This document shows, piece by piece, positions 15,939-25,370 of a stretch of DNA of 32,000 bases. The stretch is from positions 6,225-38,224 of IMG/VR virus record IMGVR_UViG_3300045988_135512; one strand, written 5' to 3'. This DNA is from a virus. The first letter of the stretch is position 1. Every line of letters begins with the position of its first letter. Below the pieces are notes generated by a model that was not told where the DNA came from, did not search any database, and saw only the letters and a list, made by a program, of their open reading frames with translations. Position numbers and translations under genes: made by a program.

Positions 15939-16199
15939 ATGAAAGCAATTTTACGATATATGGATTATGTAGAAGACGGCAAAATAATTTTTTCTGTATT
16001 GAGCGAACATAATGTTGAAATTCTAAGGACAAAACACGATGCATCAATTTATCCTAAAGTTACGATTCGAATAAAAGATAACGGTGAATTAATGGAATTA
16101 CTTCATGACCTTAATTATAAATGTTTTCATGAAGTAAGTGTTGTAAAAATAAAGACGGAAGCCGGAATTATCGAAAGGATTAAGAGAATATTTGAGTAG
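15939..16199 (+). CDS. Hypothetical protein
   Basis: 86-aa ORF with GGGAATG context upstream. Confidence 0.6.
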   Translation: MKAILRYMDYVEDGKIIFSVLSEHNVEILRTKHDASIYPKVTIRIKDNGELMELLHDLNYKCFHEVSVVKIKTEAGIIERIKRIFE

Positions 16200-16233
16200 A
16201 TGAAAACGATATTCCAGAGAAAGGTGAGATAAA

Positions 16234-16587
16234 ATGGGTGAATTGAATTTAATTCAGATTGCAAGAGAACTTTTAGCAATCCATGAAGAATTTCCTTATC
16301 ATTTAAAAAATTATGATGACAATAATATTAATGATTTTGAAATGGAAACCTTCACACAGTTATGGGGTAATACAAGTGGAGGTTTTGAAAGCATGGGTGG
16401 TGCAGCAATGATTATTCAGAGAACTTATGTATTTATACCTACAGTTAATGATGAAGATTGTCAGGTGTATTTTGGAGGAGCTTATGCATATTCAGTTCCA
16501 TATTCGAAAGAATTTGAGGATGATGTTAAAGCGCATAACGTAGCTGGAAAATATCATAAAGGAAAATATTTAAAAGGAGATAAATAA
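16234..16587 (+). CDS. Hypothetical protein
   Basis: 117-aa ORF, AGGTGAG upstream. Confidence 0.65.
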   Translation: MGELNLIQIARELLAIHEEFPYHLKNYDDNNINDFEMETFTQLWGNTSGGFESMGGAAMIIQRTYVFIPTVNDEDCQVYFGGAYAYSVPYSKEFEDDVKAHNVAGKYHKGKYLKGDK

Positions 16588-16588
16588 T

Positions 16589-18652
16589 ATGGATGGATTT
16601 ATGGAGTTTAAGGAAGCTTTACAGGAACATTTCAATGAAATGCAGAAGGATGCAGACAAATTATTCGAGGTGTTAGTAGATAAGGATGAGCTGTGGAATA
16701 CTTATTTAAACAGTTTTCCAGCGGGTACTAACCCTATCTACCGTGAGAGAACTGAACATGATTGTAGCTGCTGTAGATATTTTATTAAGAATATTGGCGT
16801 GGCAGTAGTTATTAAGGATAACCAGATGCATACAATTTGGGAACTTAAATTAAATGACCCTACATATCAGACAGTTGCTAATGCGCTGGATAAATTCGTA
16901 AAAGCTCATGCAGTTTCCGATATTTATTTGAGTAAGTTCAAAAAGATTGGAACAGATTATAACTTTGAAGAAATCAATGGTAAAGCTCATAGATGGGACC
17001 ACTTCTTCCTGGAACTTCCAGATAAATTTATAAATCGCACGAGTTCTTCTAATGAAGAAATCAAAGGTCAGTTCCGTGATACCAGAAATGTGTTTAAGCG
17101 TTCTTTAGACGAAATTACTATGGATGCAGTTGATACGGTATTAGAGCTGATCAATTCTAATACTTTATATAAAGGTGAGGAATGGAAAACTGCTCTAACT
17201 GAGTTCAAGAAATACAAAAAGGAATATGACAAGTTAACAACAGCAACAGATAAAGCTCTGTATACTTGGGAAAAATCTATTAAAGCGGGTATGGCGATTG
17301 GCCGTATTAGAAACCATTCTATTGGTACTTTACTTGTGAATATCAGCGAAGATATGGATCTTGATTTAGCAGTTAAAAAGTATGAGCAGATCGTGGCTCC
17401 TGCGAATTATAAGAGGCCGAAGGCAATTTTTACTAAGAAGATGTTAGAGGACGCGAAGAAAACCATTACTGAGCTTGGTTATATGGATTCTTTACAGCGT
17501 AGATTTGCTACTTTGAATGATATTTCTGTAAACAATGTTTTGTTCTCTAATAAAGAAGCTGCCAGAAAAATGACTGATACAGACAATATTTTTGGACAGA
17601 TGGAAAAGGATGTTACTGTAAATCCAAAGAAGTTCTCTAAAGTTGAAGAGATTTCAGTACAGGATTTTATTGATAAGGTACTACCAACTGCAAAAGAAAT
17701 TGAAGCGTTTGTAGAGAATAAACATGAGAAGAACTTTGTATCACTGATCGCACCTGTTAATAAGGATGCGAAAACCATGTTTAAGTGGAATAACGGTCTT
17801 AGTTGGGCTTATAGCGGCAATATTACCGATTCAGACATGAAACAGAATGTTAAAGCTGCAGGAGGTAATGTTGACGGTGTGCTTAGATTTTCCATCATGT
17901 GGAACGAGGCACAAAATGATAATAGCGATCTTGATGCTCACTGTATTGAACCAAATGGTAATGAAATCTATTATGGCAATTGCAGGAAACCTCGGATGTC
18001 TAGGATGGGTGGGCAGCTTGATATTGACATTACTAGACCAATGGAGCAGATGAAGGGCAAACCTTCAGTAGAAAATATTACATGGGCGGACAAATCTCAT
18101 ATGAAGCCTGGTACATATAGATTCTTTGTACGTCAGTTTGCTGCTAGAGGCAGTAAGGGATTTAAAGCAGAAATTGAGTTTGATGGTGAAATTCATGCTT
18201 TTGAATATAATCATCCTGTATCTGGTGATGTAACTGTTGCAGAAGTAGTTCTTGACGAAAATGGAAACTTCTCAATTAAAGAAAAGCTGAACGGTACTTC
18301 GAGTGTTTCTAGTCGTGATATTTGGGGAGTTCAGACCAATCAGTTTGTTCCTGTATCTGTAATTAGTTATAGTCCAAATTATTTTGATGATCAGAACGGA
18401 ATTGGTCATAGACATGTATTTTTCTTCCTGAAAGATTGTGTAAATACTGAGGAGCCTAATGGATTTTATCTTGAGTTCCTTGACAATGATTTAATGAAGC
18501 ATAAGAGAGTATTTGAAGCTCTTGGAGCTAAGTGTCATGTACAAGATACTGATAATCAGCTTTCTGGTATTGGTTTCTCTACGACTAAGAGAGCGGAACT
18601 TGTAGTCAAAGTAAAAGGCGCAACTGAGCGTATCATGAAGATTAAATTTTAA
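16589..18652 (+). CDS. Large protein with C-terminal YfaP/DUF2135-like beta-sandwich domain
   Basis: LRFSIMWNEAQNDNSDLDAHCIEPNGNEIYYGNCRKPRMSRMGGQLDIDITRP resembles the W...NDLDLHv..PnGe.iyyGn....GG.LDvD signature. Confidence 0.6.
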   Translation: MDGFMEFKEALQEHFNEMQKDADKLFEVLVDKDELWNTYLNSFPAGTNPIYRERTEHDCSCCRYFIKNIGVAVVIKDNQMHTIWELKLNDPTYQTVANALDKFVKAHAVSDIYLSKFKKIGTDYNFEEINGKAHRWDHFFLELPDKFINRTSSSNEEIKGQFRDTRNVFKRSLDEITMDAVDTVLELINSNTLYKGEEWKTALTEFKKYKKEYDKLTTATDKALYTWEKSIKAGMAIGRIRNHSIGTLLVNISEDMDLDLAVKKYEQIVAPANYKRPKAIFTKKMLEDAKKTITELGYMDSLQRRFATLNDISVNNVLFSNKEAARKMTDTDNIFGQMEKDVTVNPKKFSKVEEISVQDFIDKVLPTAKEIEAFVENKHEKNFVSLIAPVNKDAKTMFKWNNGLSWAYSGNITDSDMKQNVKAAGGNVDGVLRFSIMWNEAQNDNSDLDAHCIEPNGNEIYYGNCRKPRMSRMGGQLDIDITRPMEQMKGKPSVENITWADKSHMKPGTYRFFVRQFAARGSKGFKAEIEFDGEIHAFEYNHPVSGDVTVAEVVLDENGNFSIKEKLNGTSSVSSRDIWGVQTNQFVPVSVISYSPNYFDDQNGIGHRHVFFFLKDCVNTEEPNGFYLEFLDNDLMKHKRVFEALGAKCHVQDTDNQLSGIGFSTTKRAELVVKVKGATERIMKIKF

Positions 18653-18672
18653 AAATAAAGGAGAATATTATT

Positions 18673-19059
18673 ATGACGAACAATGAATTATTTGTAAAGG
18701 CAACCCGTGAGAATTTTCAGTTTCCATTTAGAGGAATGGTAAATGTTATTGATCTTTGGACTTTATCATTAAATAACTTGGATTCTGTTTTTAAGGCGCT
18801 TAATGCAGAAGTAAAGAAAACAGAAGAGGAAAGTCTTCTGCATGCTAAGTCAAAGGAAGATGAAGAACTTTCCGAGAAGATTGAAATTGTAAAATATATT
18901 GTCGGCGTTAAGTTGGAAGAGATTAAGTCAAGGGAAGATGCCAAGAAGAATAAGGAAATGAAGCAGAGACTTCTGGAAATTAAAGCAAAGAGACAGGATG
19001 CGGCATTAGAGAATATGTCTGATGAAGAATTAGACAAGGCCCTTGCTGAATTAGATTAA
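18673..19059 (+). CDS. Hypothetical charged coiled-coil protein
   Basis: 128-aa ORF with AAGGAG RBS. Confidence 0.65.
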   Translation: MTNNELFVKATRENFQFPFRGMVNVIDLWTLSLNNLDSVFKALNAEVKKTEEESLLHAKSKEDEELSEKIEIVKYIVGVKLEEIKSREDAKKNKEMKQRLLEIKAKRQDAALENMSDEELDKALAELD

Positions 19060-19092
19060 TAGATTTTGTCGAGCTAAATTAACAATATATCA

Positions 19093-19126
19093 AGGTTGGT
19101 TGGCGTCACAACCAATCAACCTATTT
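19093..19126 (+). terminator. Terminator/processing-like hairpin
   Basis: AGGTTGGTTGG (19093-19103) / CCAATCAACCT (19112-19122), 11-bp stem with one G.T, followed by ATTTCT. Confidence 0.5.
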
Positions 19127-19156
19127 CTAAAATACATAGCAAAGGAGAACGTGATT

Positions 19157-19801
19157 ATGACGAACTATGAGAAGTATAAAGATAAGATTGATAAGATTTG
19201 GGAAAGTGGGGATATTGCTTGCTTTACAAAAAATGGTGAGATAAAACCTTGTTATGAAATAACTTGTCCTGAATGTGAATTTAATGGAGAGGAAGGTTGC
19301 AGCTTAAATTCAAAGAAATGGCTCGTATCTGAATACAAAGATCCAGCAGAAAATGTGGATTGGAGCAAAGTACCAATAGATACGCCAGTATTGGTAAGAG
19401 AATACGAAACTGATAAATGGATACCAAGATATTTTGCCGGAATTAATGGGGATGGAAATGTTATTGCATTTGAAAACGGCGCTACATCTTGGTCTGATAA
19501 TGGGAAAAATTTTACTTTAAGTTGGGAGTGTACCAAACTTGCCAATCCAGACGATCTGAAGAAATCTGAGTTTCATCAGGAGAAGAGAAAATATACTGAT
19601 AAAGAATTGATCGATATGTTGGCCGCAAATTACGCTGAAAAAGTAGATAATGACATATATTTCAATCAGGAAAATTATAAAGAGTTTCTTGAGGCGGTAT
19701 ATTGGTTTTGGAAATGTACAACAAATAATTTCAATAAAAGAAGTATCGCAGAAGCAATAAATAAAATGCTTAATTTGGAATTTAAAGGTGACTTATTATG
19801 A
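19157..19801 (+). CDS. Hypothetical protein (ORF track start 19100, likely start at MTNYEKYKDKIDKI)
   Basis: The 19100 start precedes an AAGGAG RBS at about 19142, so ATG at 19157 is preferred. Contains CYEITCPECEFNGEEGCSLNSKKW cysteine cluster. Confidence 0.65.
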   Translation: MTNYEKYKDKIDKIWESGDIACFTKNGEIKPCYEITCPECEFNGEEGCSLNSKKWLVSEYKDPAENVDWSKVPIDTPVLVREYETDKWIPRYFAGINGDGNVIAFENGATSWSDNGKNFTLSWECTKLANPDDLKKSEFHQEKRKYTDKELIDMLAANYAEKVDNDIYFNQENYKEFLEAVYWFWKCTTNNFNKRSIAEAINKMLNLEFKGDLL

Positions 19802-19971
19802 AAGAAAATAAAAAACGATTAATTGGTTCTGGATTATATCTTTGTGGATTTGTTTCGTATGTTACTTTTATGGGATTATTGAACAAGTGTGGAGGCAATG
19901 CTGGATTATATGGATTAGGTGCCTCCATTAGTGCAGTTGTTTTTTGCGGTGCATTGTATAGTTTACATTAG
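19798..19971 (+). CDS. Small membrane protein (57 aa)
   Basis: ATGA overlap with upstream ORF; MKENKKRLIGSGLYLCGFVSYVTFMGLLNKCGGNAGLYGLGASISAVVFCGALYSLH*. Confidence 0.55.
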   Translation: MKENKKRLIGSGLYLCGFVSYVTFMGLLNKCGGNAGLYGLGASISAVVFCGALYSLH

Positions 19972-19980
19972 AAGGTTTAT

Positions 19981-20328
19981 ATGGGTAAAGTCGGGAATGT
20001 AGAAGTTGAATGGAGCGGTGGATATCCATGTTTGTGCCATGGCAAATGGACATTAAAAGTAGATGGAAGAGACGTTTCAGATAAGATTCCAGAAGATCTG
20101 AGAAAAGATGACATGAATACATATAAATCATATCGAAAATGGCATTTTAATGAAGATTATCGTGAAGAATGGGAATATTATAATGACGGTCTGAGATGTG
20201 AAGATTGGATTAAAGTCAATGGCTATTGGCTCAATAAAATCGTTGCAGATAAAGATATTCAGAAGTGTGTATTTTATGCAATCAATGAGGAAGATTGGAG
20301 ACATAGTAGCTGTGGCGGATGTGTCTAA
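19981..20328 (+). CDS. Hypothetical protein
   Basis: 115-aa ORF; CLCHGKWTLKVDGRDVSDKIPEDLR...CSSGGC-type Cys-rich C-terminus. Confidence 0.7.
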   Translation: MGKVGNVEVEWSGGYPCLCHGKWTLKVDGRDVSDKIPEDLRKDDMNTYKSYRKWHFNEDYREEWEYYNDGLRCEDWIKVNGYWLNKIVADKDIQKCVFYAINEEDWRHSSCGGCV

Positions 20329-20367
20329 AAAGGTAAAAAACAAATTTTAATATAATAAAAGGAGAAA

Positions 20368-20985
20368 ATGATTATGATGAACAATTTTTTAAACGGTATG
20401 TTTGGTAAAGTAGGAAGTGGTATGTGTAGACTTTCCATGAATGGTGGCATTGCAGTTAAAACATCAAATGGATATAAAACATACAATGTGAAGACTGGCA
20501 AACTTACAAACTGTAGCAATTTTGTATTTGATATTGGTGAAGAGTTTTTCTTTGTTATTCCAACTAATAAAGTAGAAGCAGGAGATATTATCCTGGTTAA
20601 TGGTAAGCCCAAATGTGTTATCGAAGCAGATAAAACTAAAATTACAGTTATTAATTATGAAGATTCTACTGTGGAAACTATTCTTCCAGAAAGACATGTT
20701 TTTATGGGTAATACATATTTCTATGGAAAGATTGTATCTATGTTTGGCAGTGATATTCTTAAGGGAAAGAAAGGCACAAATAATATCTTTAAATATATGA
20801 TGCTGTCTCAGATGATGAAGAGTGATGGAAATGCTTCTAGTATGATGAGTGGTAATGGTATGAGTTCTATGCTTCCACTTATGATGATGGGTGGTAATAT
20901 GGGTAATATGTTTGACGGATTATTCGATTTTGATATGGACGTTGATACAGAAAATGATGAAGATGTAGAAGAGGAGGATGCATAA
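20368..20985 (+). CDS. Hypothetical protein with Met/Gly-rich C-terminal segment
   Basis: 205-aa ORF; MSSMLPLMMMGGNMGNMFDGLFDFDMDVDTENDEDVEEEDA. Confidence 0.7.
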   Translation: MIMMNNFLNGMFGKVGSGMCRLSMNGGIAVKTSNGYKTYNVKTGKLTNCSNFVFDIGEEFFFVIPTNKVEAGDIILVNGKPKCVIEADKTKITVINYEDSTVETILPERHVFMGNTYFYGKIVSMFGSDILKGKKGTNNIFKYMMLSQMMKSDGNASSMMSGNGMSSMLPLMMMGGNMGNMFDGLFDFDMDVDTENDEDVEEEDA

Positions 20986-21865
20986 TATGGGATGTGGTTC
21001 ATGGACAAGAGATAGTTATGTAAGTTATTCAACAGCAAAAGGTATGAGTGTTTCAACGGATGGTATGATTAGCGGTTCTTATTCTAATCAGGATATGTTT
21101 AAGGCAAGGAATATTGATTCTGCACTTGATCCTAAGAATGTCATTAGAGAGTGTTGCGATACAGAGGAACATCCAAACACAATTCCTGTTATTCTTGCAC
21201 TTGATGTAACTGGTTCTATGGGACAGGCTGCTGTTGAAGTGGCAAAGAAGTTAAATGTAATTATGACTAAGTTATATGAAAAGGTTACAGATGTTGAGTT
21301 CCTTATCATGGGTATTGGTGATTTGGCTTGTGATAGCTGTCCAATTCAGGCTTCACAGTTTGAATCAGATATTCGTATTGCTGAACAACTTGACAAGATT
21401 TATTTTGAATTTGGCGGTGGTGGAAACAGTTATGAATCCTATACAGCAGCATGGTATTTCGGTTCTCGTCACACAAAGCTTGATTGTTTAAATCGTGGAA
21501 GAAAAGGAATTATTATTACAATGGGAGATGAGCAGTTAAATCCATATCTTCCATTTAAGGGTAGAGGTCATGGTTTATCAGAGGTAACAGGTGATAATCT
21601 TCAGTCTGATGTAGAGACTAAGGATTTATACGAAGAGGCTTCTCAGAAGTTTAACATTTATCATTTAGATGTAAATCATACTCGCAGATGGGATGAAGAA
21701 GAAATTGAGAAGTCTTACAAGAAGTATCTTGATGATACACACTTTAGAAGAGTAACTATGGATAGTATTACAAATGAGATTGTAGATATTATTGTTAGTG
21801 AAGCAGAGAATAATGTTACAGATATAGTTACTACACCTTCTAATTCAGAAGGAATTACTTGGTAG
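20978..21865 (+). CDS. von Willebrand factor A (VWA)-domain protein
   Basis: VIPVILALDVTGSMGQAAVEVAKKLN (MIDAS-like DxTGSM); internal GIIITMGDEQ. Confidence 0.75.
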   Translation: MHNMGCGSWTRDSYVSYSTAKGMSVSTDGMISGSYSNQDMFKARNIDSALDPKNVIRECCDTEEHPNTIPVILALDVTGSMGQAAVEVAKKLNVIMTKLYEKVTDVEFLIMGIGDLACDSCPIQASQFESDIRIAEQLDKIYFEFGGGGNSYESYTAAWYFGSRHTKLDCLNRGRKGIIITMGDEQLNPYLPFKGRGHGLSEVTGDNLQSDVETKDLYEEASQKFNIYHLDVNHTRRWDEEEIEKSYKKYLDDTHFRRVTMDSITNEIVDIIVSEAENNVTDIVTTPSNSEGITW

Positions 21866-21882
21866 GATAGGAGATTTAAGAG

Positions 21883-22980
21883 ATGAAAGACATTAAGATT
21901 GTGATAGGTGCTAATTTTGGAGATTGTGGAAAAGGATTAATGACAGATTATTTCTCACAGAAACCTAATAGTATTGTTGTTTGTTCAAATGGTGGTGCTC
22001 AGAGAGGACATACCGTAACAACGCCTGGTGGAATCAGACATGTCTTTCATCATTTTGGATCTGGAACATTCACTCATGCAAGTACATATTTATCTGAGGA
22101 TTTTATTGTTAATCCAATTATTTTTAAGCAGGAATATGATGAGTTGATGAAATTAGGATATATTCCAAATGTTTATATCAATCAAGATTGTATGTTGACT
22201 ACACCTTTTGATATGATGGCAAATCAGATTATAGAGGAAAATCGTGGGAAAAATAAACATGGTAGTTGTGGCTTGGGAATTTTTGAAACTATCAAAAGAT
22301 ATAAAGCTGGTATAACTGATGTAGATGATCATATCAGGGAATATTACTTAGAACAATTTGAAAGAGAGAATATTATATTAACAGATGAATGGTCAAGAAT
22401 ATTCCTTGATAATGGTATATTTGAACACTTTTTAGATGATTGGGATTTTATGAATAATCACTCATTGGCTATATCAGATAATTATTTTTTAAATCAGTTT
22501 GATAATATTGTATTTGAAGCTGCACAAGGTTTATTGCTTGATCAGAATAACACAGAATATTTTCCACATCTAACACCATCTAATACAGGTATTAAAAATC
22601 CCAAGAGAATAATTGAAAATGTTGAATGGAATGAAGAGATAAACATTGAAACTTGTTATGTGTCTCGTGCATATCTTACACGGCATGGTACAGGAAAATT
22701 TCCATCAGAGTGTGATAAAAATCAGATCAACAAATATATTTTTGATAAAACTAATATACCAAATCCATTCCAGGATACATTGAGATATGGAACATTAGAT
22801 TTAAAAGAATTGTATAACAGATGCAGTAAGGATGTAGGAGATTTTGGAAATAAGAAATCATTAGCGCTTATGCACTGCAATGAATGTGACTGGGATGACG
22901 AAGAGTTGATTAGCCTATTTAAAGGTTGGAATATATATTATTCTGATGGAGAGACAAGAGAAGATATTAGATTGAGGTAA
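21883..22980 (+). CDS. Divergent adenylosuccinate synthetase (PurA/PurZ superfamily) paralogue
   Basis: VIGANFGDCGKGLMTDYFS, NGGAQRGHTVTTPGG, FEAAQGLLLDQNNTEYFPHLTPSNTGIKNP, GTGKFPSEC correspond to PurA motifs. Confidence 0.8.
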   Translation: MKDIKIVIGANFGDCGKGLMTDYFSQKPNSIVVCSNGGAQRGHTVTTPGGIRHVFHHFGSGTFTHASTYLSEDFIVNPIIFKQEYDELMKLGYIPNVYINQDCMLTTPFDMMANQIIEENRGKNKHGSCGLGIFETIKRYKAGITDVDDHIREYYLEQFERENIILTDEWSRIFLDNGIFEHFLDDWDFMNNHSLAISDNYFLNQFDNIVFEAAQGLLLDQNNTEYFPHLTPSNTGIKNPKRIIENVEWNEEINIETCYVSRAYLTRHGTGKFPSECDKNQINKYIFDKTNIPNPFQDTLRYGTLDLKELYNRCSKDVGDFGNKKSLALMHCNECDWDDEELISLFKGWNIYYSDGETREDIRLR

Positions 22981-22984
22981 AAAT

Positions 22985-23452
22985 ATGAGATTAAGTGAAA
23001 TTGCAGAATGGATAGTAAAAAATAATCCAGACTGTCTTATGGTGCCAAATTATATTGTTGTTAATGGTTGCAGAGAAGACTGGTATGAAGAATCATTAAT
23101 CGAACCACTTATGAACCATTGGATGTACGAAGATTTAGGTTTATGTGATTGTGGTTGTCCTGAATATACATATGAAGTAATCAGAAAATTTTTACATATT
23201 CGTCAGGATTGGCGAGAAAATAAACTTGAATATACCGAAGTTCTTAATAGGTATAAAAGAGATTTACATGTTGAGGACAATGACAACAATCAATTTGGAT
23301 TGCTTCAGTTCATGATGTATATTTTAGATGAACATGAATTCATAGAGCATGGTAGTAGTATCACAGGTTGTTGGCTTACCGAAAAAGGTGAAATGCTATT
23401 GGTTACTTTAGATGCATGGCATGAAAAGAATATGAAAACAGAAGCCGATTAA
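22985..23452 (+). CDS. Hypothetical protein
   Basis: 155-aa ORF 4 nt downstream of the PurA-like stop; DLGLCDCGCPEYTYEV cysteine cluster. Confidence 0.65.
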   Translation: MRLSEIAEWIVKNNPDCLMVPNYIVVNGCREDWYEESLIEPLMNHWMYEDLGLCDCGCPEYTYEVIRKFLHIRQDWRENKLEYTEVLNRYKRDLHVEDNDNNQFGLLQFMMYILDEHEFIEHGSSITGCWLTEKGEMLLVTLDAWHEKNMKTEAD

Positions 23453-23477
23453 ATGTTGGTTTCAATAGGAGAATCTA

Positions 23478-23840
23478 ATGGATATATTATTCGGTTACGA
23501 CTGTATAGATAGTTGTGATTGCGATAAAAGTAGCAGTTGCAAATATGCTAAACATAAATTTATTCCATTTAAAATTTCACATTTACTATTTGTTTATCCA
23601 AGATGTATCAAATTGAGTGGCACAAATAAATGTCCATACAATAAAACAAGAAACTATACATGTGCAAGTTGTGCCAATAGTAATTCATTCGAAGAATGTG
23701 ATATTCCTTTTAATGAGAGAAAACCATATATTCCTAAAGATAGGTGGAAGAAATATAGTAGATGTGGTAGTTATAAAAAATGTAAATGGGCAGATGACTG
23801 TTTATATGATGGTGTGTATGTAAGCAGAAATCAGCTCTAA
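23478..23840 (+). CDS. Cysteine-rich small protein
   Basis: 120-aa ORF with at least 14 Cys in CxC/CxxC spacings, possible metal binding. Confidence 0.6.
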   Translation: MDILFGYDCIDSCDCDKSSSCKYAKHKFIPFKISHLLFVYPRCIKLSGTNKCPYNKTRNYTCASCANSNSFEECDIPFNERKPYIPKDRWKKYSRCGSYKKCKWADDCLYDGVYVSRNQL

Positions 23841-23889
23841 CTTGTTTAGAGTGTTAATTATTATCTACTACTTATTATATCTACTATTT

Positions 23890-24165
23890 ATATCTGTGGC
23901 AGTTCTTGCAAAATTTTACATGAACTTCATCTGAGTTTTCAAAAGTTATTGTCAAAAAATGTAATAACATCCGCCATAGGAAAATATGATTATTCCGCTG
24001 CGGCGAAGCCGCCTATCCGGAACAATGGTTTCCTCATTCCGGACAGGTGGTGTAAAAGCACCCGTAATATTCAAAAATACAAAAGGAATAACAGAAAGGA
24101 TATGCACCCGAAGAACCGAACTATATAGATATGTCGGTATTCGGTGCGGCAAGTTAAGATAGGAG
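23890..24165 (+). ncRNA. Candidate structured noncoding RNA of unknown family
   Basis: Noncoding and locally GC-rich. Stems: GCGGC/GCCGC (24000-24012), TCCGGAA/TTCCGGA (24016-24022/24037-24043), GGTG/CACC (24049-24062), GCACC(c)GAA../..TTCGGTGC with inner ACCGA/TCGGT (24104-24147). Confidence 0.55.
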
Positions 24166-24501
24166 TTGGCTATGTTATTAACAAATAGATTTCCAAACGA
24201 AAATCGCTCAGGTCTTCAAGAATACTATTGTGACTTAACACGAGAAATAGATCGGCTTCTTGGATTATCACCAGATCAATACTGGAAGCATTATATTCTG
24301 GCAGATAGCACAATGCTAAAGGACAAGTGTCTTGCAATTAGAATTCCTGGCGGTACAGTTGGTGGAATTTGGATTGATGATGAGAATATTATTACGAAGG
24401 TATTTGTAGACACTGAGTATTATGTTATTGAAGAATATCCAATAGATATTAATGAAAAACTGGCACATTTTGTAGGAGAGAAGATTGAATTTGTTGATTA
24501 A
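24166..24501 (+). CDS. Hypothetical protein
   Basis: 111-aa ORF; a start at ATG 24173 (MLLTNRFPNE) after GGAG is more plausible. Confidence 0.65.
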   Translation: MAMLLTNRFPNENRSGLQEYYCDLTREIDRLLGLSPDQYWKHYILADSTMLKDKCLAIRIPGGTVGGIWIDDENIITKVFVDTEYYVIEEYPIDINEKLAHFVGEKIEFVD

Positions 24502-24516
24502 GAGAAAGGAATAAAT

Positions 24517-24873
24517 ATGGGAACAGATATTACTATGTTTGCAGAAGTTCGTAAAAATAAGAAATGGACAAAGGTAGAAAGTGTATTTAAAAATCCTTGG
24601 TATCGCGAAGATAGAGTAATTGACGAATGGAATCGGCCATATACTGATCGACCTTATGATGGTCGAAATTATGATTTATTTGCAATTCTTGCAGATGTAA
24701 GAAATGGAACTGGTTTCGCTGGATGTAGGACTTCTTATGGGTTTAATCCAATTAGTACACCTAAAGGACTGCCAGAAGATATTACAGACGAAGTAAAAGA
24801 ACTTTTATGGAATGATGGATATGCAAACTCATATTATACATTAAAGGAATTGAAAGATTATGATTGGGATTAG
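24517..24873 (+). CDS. Hypothetical protein of the mobile-element/phage MGTDI..F.EVR...NYDLFAILADVRN..GF type
   Basis: 118-aa ORF; MGTDITMFAEVRKNKKW...GRNYDLFAILADVRNGTGFAGCRTSYGFNPISTPKGLPEDI. Confidence 0.7.
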   Translation: MGTDITMFAEVRKNKKWTKVESVFKNPWYREDRVIDEWNRPYTDRPYDGRNYDLFAILADVRNGTGFAGCRTSYGFNPISTPKGLPEDITDEVKELLWNDGYANSYYTLKELKDYDWD

Positions 24874-24918
24874 AAAGTCATTCATGTAGGTGTTATTAGT
24901 GAAGCTCAGTATATAGAA

Positions 24919-25194
24919 ATGAAAAGAATAGGAAAGAATCCAGATAGCTGGAGTGGAGATACTTCTGGGTGGGATATTGTTGTAGTATCGGCGGATACTA
25001 TGGACAAGATTTTAAATAAAACTATCAGTAGAAATGATCGACTTAAATATTATGTACAAGTGGATTTCAAACCAATTACATATAGAGAGTGTTGTTACAA
25101 TTTTTTAAAGGACACAATTCCAGCGTTAGAAGAACTTGTTCCTGATGGTGGTACAGAGGAAGATGTACGAATTATTTTCAATTTTGATTGTTGA
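24919..25194 (+). CDS. Hypothetical protein
   Basis: 91-aa ORF. Confidence 0.5.
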   Translation: MKRIGKNPDSWSGDTSGWDIVVVSADTMDKILNKTISRNDRLKYYVQVDFKPITYRECCYNFLKDTIPALEELVPDGGTEEDVRIIFNFDC

Positions 25195-25370
25195 AATACG
25201 TGTTTCATGGAGAAATATAATGAGAAGATTATGGAACAAATGGAAGAACTATTGTCTTAAAACTGGAAAGGATTATACGATGATGCCAACATTAATTGTT
25301 TATTATATTTGTTGGCTTACATTTTTAATCTTATTTGGACGATGGTTAGGAGAATGGTAGGTGATAAATT

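Noticed and set aside
21883-22980. Confident PurZ (diaminopurine pathway) call
   Set aside because: The Asp in GDCGKG is retained, and no companion Z-genome genes were seen in the window.
23890-24165. Assignment of the structured region to ROOL, GOLLD, raiA or HEARO RNA
   Set aside because: I cannot verify any family consensus by eye, so it is reported only as an unassigned structured RNA candidate.
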